DNA from: an uncultured Collinsella sp.
GTDB lineage: Bacteria > Actinomycetota > Coriobacteriia > Coriobacteriales > Coriobacteriaceae
Assembly: GCA_900541475.1 (NCBI GenBank)
Contig: UQJV01000001.1
Coordinates: forward strand, 34,245 to 98,244
Length of the DNA: 64,000 bases
Direction: 5' to 3'
In this document: positions 1 to 7,447 of the stretch, one piece after another
How the letters are laid out: each line of letters starts with the position of its first letter
Numbering within the stretch: the first letter of the stretch is position 1
The notes under the pieces: model-generated
The model's input: only the letters and a program-made list of their open reading frames with translations
Told to the model about the DNA's origin: nothing
The model's database searches: none
Position numbers and translations under genes: made by a program

Positions 1-166
1 TTTGGACCCGTGTTCAGCTGAACCGGGTGCGACCGAAACGCCCGTTTTGCTGCCAGACTGTCGGCGACAAAGCGGGCGGTCCAAGCCCGCGGAAGCAGCC
101 CTGGACGCGGCGCCGGACGGACCAGAGCCCGCCGCGCCCAGCCGGTGTGGACGATAAGGAGCAGAG

Positions 167-1354
167 ATGTTGATTCACTACGAGGCGAGTGTTGCGAGTG
201 CCAGGCACGAGATTCAGGGGTGTGGAAATCGGGAGCATTGCTGCGTGCAGGTGGTTGAGCCGCCCCGCGCGTTCGGTGCGGCGGGGGATGGTGGCCCGGA
301 CGGCGGAGGCTCGGCGACCGACGCGGCGCCTCGCCAGGCGATCGTTGCCGCTGTCGCGGGCGGTATGCCATCCATGATTTTGAGCGGCGAAGGTGCCCAC
401 CTTGCCAGCGAAGCTGCCGTCGATGCCGCGGCCGAGGCGTATCGTCGGGGCGAGCTCGTGCCGGGTGATGCCTCTGCCCTTAAGGGCGTGTTTGAGCGTG
501 CGCTTCGTGCGGTCGCAGACGTGGCCGTCGATCAGCCCGCTGCCGATATCACTTCGTTTGCCTGCACGCTATGCCTGGTAGTATGGGATGGCGTGCGCGT
601 TTGGTATGGCAATGCCGGTGATTCCGGTGCGGTTGCCGTGGACTTCTTGGGTGATCCGTTTGCCCTGACGCATATGCATTGCGGGCCGCTGTCGAGCCGG
701 CCGTTCCCGCTGCACGATTCCTATCACTGGGAGTTTGGCTATCGCACGAGCGCCGAAAGCGTGCTTGTGGCCACAGGTGGCATGCTTGGGCAGTTTGCCG
801 AGTGGGCGCCCGGCTCTTACGGTGCGCCGAAGGCGTATGACCGCGAGCTCATTGGCCTGCTCACGAATCGGAATATCGATGTGGACGATTTGCCGTTGAT
901 GAATGTCGCTGCAGCTAAATATCTGAACGAGTTTCCCGCGACCCGCGTGGACGGCGATAAGACGGCGGTGGCAATGATCAACAGCGAGAAGCCTTCGGTG
1001 ACAGATTTTATTTGCGCCACGGCGAAAGACGTGACGGCTGAGCGTCTTGCTGCGGCGGGCGCGTCCTTTGCGGACGAGGATGACGATCGAAAGGTCTTGC
1101 TGCCGTGGAACGACGAGCTGCGCATGCGCGCCGGCGATGTGGCGAATGACGTGGGCGGCGACTTCACTGTAGAGCTTGAGTATCAGCTCATGTGCGGCAT
1201 GTCGCTCGACCGCGCGTTTGAGCTGGCGGCTGCTGCTGCCCGCGAGCGCGCCGAGAGGTATCGCGTGTTCGAGGACTGTGTAGTCGACGGGCCCGAGGAT
1301 TTTTACGCGGCCATGCTGTTCGATGAGGAGGTGTTGTTTGACGAGATGGTCTAG
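167..1354 (+). CDS. PP2C-like (PPM-type) Ser/Thr phosphatase domain protein; N-terminus may lie upstream of window
   Basis: Motif VVWDGVRVWYGNAGDSGAVAV resembles the PPM metal-binding block (G-D-S-R-x-Y type); rest of protein low-complexity Ala/Asp-rich. Confidence 0.45.
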   Translation: MLIHYEASVASARHEIQGCGNREHCCVQVVEPPRAFGAAGDGGPDGGGSATDAAPRQAIVAAVAGGMPSMILSGEGAHLASEAAVDAAAEAYRRGELVPGDASALKGVFERALRAVADVAVDQPAADITSFACTLCLVVWDGVRVWYGNAGDSGAVAVDFLGDPFALTHMHCGPLSSRPFPLHDSYHWEFGYRTSAESVLVATGGMLGQFAEWAPGSYGAPKAYDRELIGLLTNRNIDVDDLPLMNVAAAKYLNEFPATRVDGDKTAVAMINSEKPSVTDFICATAKDVTAERLAAAGASFADEDDDRKVLLPWNDELRMRAGDVANDVGGDFTVELEYQLMCGMSLDRAFELAAAAARERAERYRVFEDCVVDGPEDFYAAMLFDEEVLFDEMV

Positions 1355-1489
1355 CGGCGTCGCGGGCCCTGGACTCTTCGCGCCGGGGGTGTTCAAGATA
1401 TGAAGGAATTATGCTCTACGAGATTTTCCTTGCCGTCTACCGAACTCCCGCGTAATATTCTTTCTTGCGCACATGAGGCGCCCAGACAT

Positions 1490-1566
1490 TGCGGGGTGGA
1501 GCAGTCTGGTAGCTCGCCGGGCTCATAACCCGGAGGTCGTAGGTTCAAATCCTGCCCCCGCGACCA
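1490..1566 (+). tRNA. initiator tRNA-fMet (anticodon CAT)
   Basis: Near-identical over its length to E. coli tRNA-fMet (CGCGGGGTGGAGCAG..GGGCTCATAACCC..GGTTCAAATCC..CCCCCGC.ACCA); three G-C pairs in anticodon stem, encoded CCA. Confidence 0.9.
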
Positions 1567-1653
1567 AGAACTTGCAGCTCGTCGGCCTAGCCGGCGAGCT
1601 TTTTTGTTATTGCGGATCATTGTTTTCGACCCAGTTCTCAACTTCCCAAACAA

Positions 1654-1711
1654 AATCTCGATCTGTAACATCTAGTCCCGATTTGGGCGTCTAGGTGTTA
1701 CAGATCGAGAT
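1654..1711. repeat. 57-58-bp palindromic element copy U1 (17-bp TIR ATCTCGATCTGTAACA / GTGTTACAGATCGAGAT, 24-nt core)
   Basis: Arms are reverse complements; core TCTAGTCCCGATTTGGGCGTCTAG related to cores of 6 other copies. Confidence 0.85.
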
Positions 1712-1856
1712 ATTTGGACAGGACGTTCTCTGTCATATCGAAGGGGGCGCTCCGTACGCCCGAACATGTACATGTCGGTAAGGTGGGAACTAGGGAACTT
1801 TACTAGGGAACTAGGAACCGCTGTTGGCTGAATCTCGCTCCGGGCGCAATTGCCCA

Positions 1857-1929
1857 TTTCCGGACATCCGCGGATAATGTCCGGAAATGGGTTGAAAATG
1901 TCCGGAAAAGGACGAAATGTCCGGAATAG
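1857..1929. promoter_or_regulatory. operator-like array A: TTCCGGACAT-N9-ATGTCCGGAA palindrome plus 2 further direct ATGTCCGGAA half-sites
   Basis: Seen directly; paralogous to arrays at 2235-2310 and 3746-3797. Confidence 0.6.
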
Positions 1930-2033
1930 TTGGGCTGTTCTACGCTTGGGTTGCCGTTATTCGGCTCTAAGTGTGGGCATGGGTTCCACTCCCATTCGGT
2001 GCTTTCGTTCCGATCATCAACTGCTCATATCAA

Positions 2034-2091
2034 AATCTTAATCTGTAACACCTAGATCTGATTTGGGCGGCCAACTGTTATAGATTAGGAC
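2034..2091. repeat. palindromic element copy U2
   Basis: AATCTTAATCTGTAACA-N24-CTGTTATAGATTAGGAC; core CCTAGATCTGATTTGGGCGGCCAA. Confidence 0.8.
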
Positions 2092-2234
2092 ATTCCGGCG
2101 GATAGCCCGCACTATGTCGAAGGAGTGTCCCGTACGTCTAATTTTGACGCATGCCAGACAGGTGTAAGGAACTCTGCTAGGGAGCTTGAGGGCTACTATT
2201 GGCCAGTTTCTATCTCGGACTCGGCGACTTCCTT

Positions 2235-2310
2235 TTCCGGACATTCGCGGGCGATGTCCGGAAAAGGGTTAAAAATGTCCGAATAACACTTAAAATGTCC
2301 CAAAAGAGCG
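2235..2310. promoter_or_regulatory. operator-like array B immediately upstream of the AlbA_2 gene (TTCCGGACAT-N9-ATGTCCGGAA plus degenerate half-sites)
   Basis: Seen directly; position suggests promoter/operator of CDS 2329-3723. Confidence 0.6.
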
Positions 2311-2328
2311 CGGCTGAAAGGCAAATGT

Positions 2329-3723
2329 ATGACTTCAGATGACATTGGAGAAATTCTCGCCAAAGGAGAGGGTGTTTCCATTGAATTTAAGCGATGCGGA
2401 AACCTTCCGGAAATCGATACGTTTGAAACGATTTGCTCTTTTGCGAATCGACAAGGAGGCAACATCCTGCTCGGGATTGTTGATGCTGAAAAATCCGACA
2501 CGGGGAAGCCTGAGGTCATTGGAATCGATTCTGCTCGTGTTGTCGAAATAGAGCGCAACATAGCGAATCGCTTGAATGATCCCAACTTCTTTAATGCTCC
2601 GCCTTCTATCGAGCTTGAGAGGGTTGAATATGAGGATAGGTTGGTTTTGCGTATCTGGGTGGTCGTCGGCGCCATCGTTCATAAATTGAAGGGTGTGGCG
2701 TATGACAGAATCGCCGATACGGATCGGAAAGTGACAACTGACACTCAGCTTGCGGCAATGTATATCCGTAAGCAGGATTACTATACCGAGCAGAGAGTCT
2801 ATCCCTATCTTGAGCTGGGGGACTTGCGTCTTGATTTGCTCGAACGGGTTAGGAGGATGGCGACAGCGAGACGTGCTAATCATCCATGGTCAGAGATGAA
2901 CGATGAAGATCTACTCCGAAGCGCAAATCTATATCTCAAAGACTACGAGACGGGTGTTGAGGGCTACACGTTTGCAGCCGCCCTTTTGCTTGGCAAAGAC
3001 AATGTGATTTCAAGTATCGCTCCGTCTTACAAAACTGATGCATACGTCCAGCGCGATGATGTGGACCGCTATGACGATCGTATTGTCGTGAAGACTAATC
3101 TTATCGAGGCGTACGATATTCTTCTGGAGTTCGCTCAGAAGCATCTGCCTGACAAGTTCTTTCTTGAGGGGACGCAATCGATTAGCCTGAGGGACGTCAT
3201 TTCGCGTGAGCTCATCGCTAACACGCTTATCCATCGCGAATACGCTAATCCTTACCCAGCAAAAATGGTTATCGATGCCGAGGGCATCCATACTGAGAAC
3301 GCGAGCCGCCCGCGATTCATCGGTGAGTTGTCGCCAAGCCATTTTAACCCGCTGCCTAAAAATCCCATCATTGCTGAGTTCTTTAGCAATATCGGTAGGG
3401 CAGAATCGTTGGGAAGTGGTACGAGAAATATGTTCAAGTACTCGTGGGCGTATGGCGGCGGTCAACCTGAGCTCGTTGAGGGCGATGTGTTTGATGCGCG
3501 TGTCCCCGTAGCGTCGAGTCTGGAGACGATTCAGAAGCTCGATGTCGATTGGGTCATTGAACGCATGCTGGAATCTTATGGGTACGTAACGGTAGCGGCG
3601 GTGGCGAATATCGCGAACGTTACCGAGAGGACGGTGCGAAGGCATATCTCCGATATGGTCGACGCCGGGGAGCTTCTGGGGGTCGGAGAGACGCGTGCAA
3701 GAAAGTTTGTCAGGGTGAAGTAA
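2329..3723 (+). CDS. AlbA_2 (Schlafen-like divergent AAA) + HATPase_c_4 + C-terminal wHTH protein ('RecG-like putative transcriptional regulator' family)
   Basis: N-term E.KR...E....ICSFANRQGGNILLGIVD matches AlbA_2 core; ISRELIANTLIHREY matches HATPase_c_4; C-terminal HTH-like VAAVANIANVTERTVRRHISDMVDAGEL. Confidence 0.75.
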   Translation: MTSDDIGEILAKGEGVSIEFKRCGNLPEIDTFETICSFANRQGGNILLGIVDAEKSDTGKPEVIGIDSARVVEIERNIANRLNDPNFFNAPPSIELERVEYEDRLVLRIWVVVGAIVHKLKGVAYDRIADTDRKVTTDTQLAAMYIRKQDYYTEQRVYPYLELGDLRLDLLERVRRMATARRANHPWSEMNDEDLLRSANLYLKDYETGVEGYTFAAALLLGKDNVISSIAPSYKTDAYVQRDDVDRYDDRIVVKTNLIEAYDILLEFAQKHLPDKFFLEGTQSISLRDVISRELIANTLIHREYANPYPAKMVIDAEGIHTENASRPRFIGELSPSHFNPLPKNPIIAEFFSNIGRAESLGSGTRNMFKYSWAYGGGQPELVEGDVFDARVPVASSLETIQKLDVDWVIERMLESYGYVTVAAVANIANVTERTVRRHISDMVDAGELLGVGETRARKFVRVK

Positions 3724-3745
3724 GGGAAGGACATGACGCCTCTCT

Positions 3746-3797
3746 TTCCGGACATTCGTGGACAATGTCCGTAATTAGGTCGAAATGTCCGGAATAG
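3746..3797. promoter_or_regulatory. operator-like array C downstream of AlbA_2 gene (TTCCGGACAT-N9-ATGTCCGTAA + GAAATGTCCGGAATAG)
   Basis: Seen directly. Confidence 0.55.
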
Positions 3798-3903
3798 CGG
3801 GGACGAGCTACATTTTGGTTGCCGAGATGCGGCCGTCCGCGCGGAAATGGTGTCACGACCCCGCCCTGTGTCTCTCGGCACTGTTCTTAACCTTTCAAAC
3901 TAG

Positions 3904-4122
3904 CATCTCGATCTGTAACATCTGGGGCCCATTTTGTCGAGTAACTGTTACAGATTTAGATCTTTCGGCAGGCTAGATTGGTTTGTCTCGATCTGTAACA
4001 GGTAGGGGTCAAAAGTGGGCCTAGCTGTTACAGATCTAGATTGTTGAGGATGGGTCGAGAGGAATGTCTCGATCTGTAACAGTAAGACCCGGTTTTGCCG
4101 AGTAACTGTTACAGATTGAGAC
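3904..4122. repeat. array of three palindromic element copies U3-U5 (3904-3962, 3985-4041, 4066-4122) separated by 22-23 bp; U4 core inverted relative to U3/U5
   Basis: Each: GTCTCGATCTGTAACA-N24-CTGTTACAGAT(C/T)(G/T)AGA(C/T); cores share GGCCC..TTTTG.CGAG.TAA. Confidence 0.85.
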
Positions 4123-4279
4123 AAACCGACGGCCGGGCTCATTCCATCCGACGCCCTGCCTCGCTCCATCCACCTGCCGCCACTTGATATTCGCCGATTT
4201 TCGTTGTGCTGTCGTGCTCCCATGCCATATCCTCTAGACAACTACGCGGCATCATCGCCGCCGCGCCTACAAGAGAGGA

Positions 4280-6316
4280 ATGTCCATGACCGCACCTGCA
4301 TCCAAGCTGCTCCAGCCCATTACAGTTGGCCCCCTTGAGCTCAAGAACCGCATTATGTTCCCGCCGCTGACCACCGGCTACGAGGAGCGTGACGGCTCCA
4401 TTGGCGAGCGCAGCCTGGCTTTTTACGAGCGCCTGGCCCGTGGCGGCGTGAGCTACATCGTCATCGGCGACGTCGCTCCCGTCATGACCGCAAGCCCCAC
4501 GCCCAAGCTGGCAACCGACGCCCAGATCCCCACGTTTAAGGCGCTGGCCGATGCCGTTCACAAGCACGGTGCCAAGGTCGCGCTGCAGCTGTTCCACCCC
4601 GAGTACGACGTGCCCGGTGTCGGCCGCATGGTCATGGGATCCATGGCTGCCGCCAAGGCCGCGCAGGAGGCCAAGGCCGCCGGCGACGAGGAGACCTTTG
4701 CCGCCAAGATGGCCGAGTCCAACGAGATTCGCAAGCAGGCATACGCCAAGCTGCACCACGATATGCAGCACTTTGTGAACGAGGCCAGCGTGGAGCAGCT
4801 CACCCAGATCAAGGAAGCCATCGCTGCCTCGGCCGCTCGCGCGCAGCAGGCCGGCATCGACGCCATCGAGGTCCACGGCGACCGCCTGGTGGGTTCGCTG
4901 TGCTCGGCCATCCTCAACCAGCGCACCGACGAGTACGGTGGCTCGTTCGAGAATCGCGTTCGCTACGCGCTCGAGGTCGTCGCTGCCATTAAGGAAGCCG
5001 CGCCGCAGCTGATGGTGGAGTACAAGCTCCCCGTGATCATGGAGAACCCCGACGGCACGCCGCGCGGCAAGGGCGGCCTGCAGCCCGACGAGGCCTGCGA
5101 GTTCGCCAAGCTGCTCGAGGGCGCCGGCATCGACATGATCCAGGTCGCGCAGGCAAACCATACCGGCAACATGGGCGATACCATTCCGCCCATGGGCGCC
5201 ATGCCCTACAACTGGACGCTGCCGGTGGCCGAGCGCGTTAAGGCCCTGGTCTCCGTGCCGGTGGCCACCGTCGGCCGTGTTGTCTCGGTCGAGGCCGGCG
5301 AAAAGATTCTGGAAGACGGCGCGGCCGACATCATCGCCTATGGCCGCTCGCTCATGTGCGACCCCGACATTGCGCTGAAGGCCGCCACGGGTGAGCCCAT
5401 CCGCGAGTGCCTCAACTGCAACAAGGGCTGCGTCGACGCGATTCAAAACCGCAAGTACATCTCGTGCGTGCTCAATGCCGAGAACGGCGACGAGGCGACC
5501 ATCGCCATTAAGCCGGGCGAGGGCGACAAGAAGATCGCCGTGGTGGGCGGCGGCATCGCCGGCCTGGAGGCCGCGCGCGTGGCGGCCAAGCGCGGCTACG
5601 ACGTGACCGTCTACGAGGCGAGCGATCACTTGGGCGGCCAGATTGTGCTGGCGGCCGCGCCTCCGCGCAAGGACGAGATCATGCGCTCCGTCGAGTACTA
5701 CGAGAAGATTCTGCCCGGCCTGGGCGTGAAGGTTGAGCTCAACCATGCCGCTACCGCTGAGGACCTCAACGCCGCCGACGCCGCGATTGTGGCCGTGGGC
5801 GCGCACGACGTGGTCATCCCTGTTCCGGGTGCCGACTCGGACAAGGTCGTCTCGAGCTGGGACGTGCTGGCCGGCAAGGTGGAGCTTACGGGCCGCGTCG
5901 CCGTCATTGGCGGTGGCCTGGTGGGCACCGAGACTGCCGAGTACCTGCTGCAGCACGGCTGCGAGGTGGCGATCGTGGAGATGCTCGACAAGATTGCCGC
6001 GGGCGAGTCCGAGACCATTCTGCCGCTGATCATGGGCGACTTTGCCGAGCACAACGTGGAGCAGCACGTGAAGACCCGCCTGACCGCCATTACCGACGAG
6101 GGCGTGGAGGCCATTCGCACCACTGAGGACGGCGCCGAGGAGCCGGTGAAAATCGCCTGCGATTACGTGGTGATGGCCGTGGGCTCCAAGGCCAACGCGT
6201 TTGACCTGGACGGCGTGACGGTGCCCATGACCTGCGTGGGCGACTGCTCGGGCGAGCGCACCGCCGATATCGCGAGCGCCATCCGCACGGCATATCACGC
6301 GGCCAACGAGCTGTAG
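4280..6316 (+). CDS. NADH:flavin oxidoreductase (OYE-like TIM barrel with 4Fe-4S Cys cluster) fused to FAD/NAD(P)-binding oxidoreductase domain (2,4-dienoyl-CoA reductase / enoate reductase family)
   Basis: 678 aa; CLNCNKGC cysteine motif after the OYE-like barrel; C-terminal KKIAVVGGGIAGLEAARVAAKRGYDVTVYE Rossmann motif and second VAVIGGGLVGTE motif. Confidence 0.8.
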   Translation: MSMTAPASKLLQPITVGPLELKNRIMFPPLTTGYEERDGSIGERSLAFYERLARGGVSYIVIGDVAPVMTASPTPKLATDAQIPTFKALADAVHKHGAKVALQLFHPEYDVPGVGRMVMGSMAAAKAAQEAKAAGDEETFAAKMAESNEIRKQAYAKLHHDMQHFVNEASVEQLTQIKEAIAASAARAQQAGIDAIEVHGDRLVGSLCSAILNQRTDEYGGSFENRVRYALEVVAAIKEAAPQLMVEYKLPVIMENPDGTPRGKGGLQPDEACEFAKLLEGAGIDMIQVAQANHTGNMGDTIPPMGAMPYNWTLPVAERVKALVSVPVATVGRVVSVEAGEKILEDGAADIIAYGRSLMCDPDIALKAATGEPIRECLNCNKGCVDAIQNRKYISCVLNAENGDEATIAIKPGEGDKKIAVVGGGIAGLEAARVAAKRGYDVTVYEASDHLGGQIVLAAAPPRKDEIMRSVEYYEKILPGLGVKVELNHAATAEDLNAADAAIVAVGAHDVVIPVPGADSDKVVSSWDVLAGKVELTGRVAVIGGGLVGTETAEYLLQHGCEVAIVEMLDKIAAGESETILPLIMGDFAEHNVEQHVKTRLTAITDEGVEAIRTTEDGAEEPVKIACDYVVMAVGSKANAFDLDGVTVPMTCVGDCSGERTADIASAIRTAYHAANEL

Positions 6317-6756
6317 TTAACTTCGCGGCCAGGCGGGGCGGTAGCACGGATCCGCCTCGCCCGACTGCGTCCCATCGGGTGTCAACCGGGGCGGGGTCTG
6401 CAAGCGCAGCAGGTCCCGCCCTTCTTGTTTTGCTCCAGTGGATGGCAATGCGCGCTAATCATGAGGAGCGAGGACGTCTACTGCCTTGCAGACCGCTCAA
6501 AATTATTAGGGGAGGGGTTAATAATTATATCCTCTATACCAAAGGACATAAAGAGATGCCAATTTTGTTGGCAAGCGAATGACGATTGGCTGCGAGCTAG
6601 CTACCAGCGTAAATAATCGATAAAGAAATGTCGTAAATTGATGCCAAATGCCCAGATGCCACCGTTGCAATTTTCAGTTAACTGTTACGCGCGAACAGCA
6701 AAATGCTACTATCTAACAAGCACGTAAGAAAGCAGATTAACGGTTAAGGCTAAGAA

Positions 6757-7161
6757 GTGGCAGGTATGTCGGAAGCAACAAGGACTCGCACGCATGCGCC
6801 CGAGGTTAGGCAGCGCGCCGTCGAGATCCTCCAAGAGGGGGTCGGTCACCGCGCCCTCGCCGCAAAGCTTGGCATTCCCCAGGCCACGGCTCGTCAGTGG
6901 GCCCGCGCATATGCCGTGGGCGGTGCCGACGCCGTGCTCAATGCGGGCGCTTGCCATCACATCTATTCGTACGACGTAAAACTCGCCGTGGTTAAGGACC
7001 GTCTGAAAAACGGCCTGACGGTTCGCGAGACCATGATCAAGTATGGGATTCCCAGCGAGTCTTCAGTCAAGGCCTGGTGCCGCCAGTATCGCGAGAGCGG
7101 TGAGTCCGCGCTGGTCGATAAGCCGCGCGGACGCAAGCCGCGCGTTAAAAAGGCGGAATAG
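6757..7161 (+). CDS. lone IS3-family OrfA-like HTH transposase fragment (no OrfB partner) in AT-rich island
   Basis: 134 aa with two HTH segments and C-terminal KPRGRKPRVKK typical of IS3 OrfA; preceded by roughly 330 bp of much lower GC content (not computed). Confidence 0.6.
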   Translation: MAGMSEATRTRTHAPEVRQRAVEILQEGVGHRALAAKLGIPQATARQWARAYAVGGADAVLNAGACHHIYSYDVKLAVVKDRLKNGLTVRETMIKYGIPSESSVKAWCRQYRESGESALVDKPRGRKPRVKKAE

Positions 7162-7171
7162 CGAACGGGAT

Positions 7172-7200
7172 GGTGCGCCCACAGGGGCGCATTTTTCTTG
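7172..7200 (+). terminator. hairpin GCGCCCACAGGGGCGC + ATTTTTCTT
   Basis: Seen in sequence. Confidence 0.5.
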
Positions 7201-7447
7201 CCGCGCCAACTTTTCGGACTGCCGCGAGCCTATCGGGACATCTTCCAACGTGGCCAATAAACCGCGCACAGTGGCCCGCGCGCCTGCCGCTGCGGTAAGG
7301 GAGCGTCACCCCTCTACTCCAATGCGGACAGACTCCTTACCCCGTACGCCTAAAACTCCCCAGTTGACCGAAAACCTGCCGCCGCCACTCCTCAATTGAG
7401 CTATAACGTTAAACAATTGCAGCGTTTTTGCATGGGGGAGTGATGGT

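Noticed and set aside
1850-2041. 63-aa ORF over operator array A (and 2038-2244, 2196-2675 ORFs)
   Set aside because: Lie across repeat and operator DNA with no RBS or conservation; the empty module is more parsimonious than a gene.
3904-4122. CRISPR array interpretation of the alternating 17-bp arms with ~24-nt intervening segments
   Set aside because: Arms alternate in orientation (inverted, not direct), the intervening 24-nt segments are conserved between units rather than unique spacers, and no cas genes are nearby; better explained as palindromic element copies.
3904-4122. Integron attC sites
   Set aside because: Length (~57 bp) is suggestive, but the arms (CTGTAACAG/CTGTTACAG) do not match the RYYYAAC/GTTRRRY core sites well, and no intI-like integrase or ordered promoterless cassettes are present in the window; left as a loose analogy only.
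4139-6298. 719-aa ORF on minus strand
   Set aside because: Antisense to the well-supported OYE-family gene; Gly/Ala/His-rich low-complexity translation typical of GC-driven shadow ORFs.
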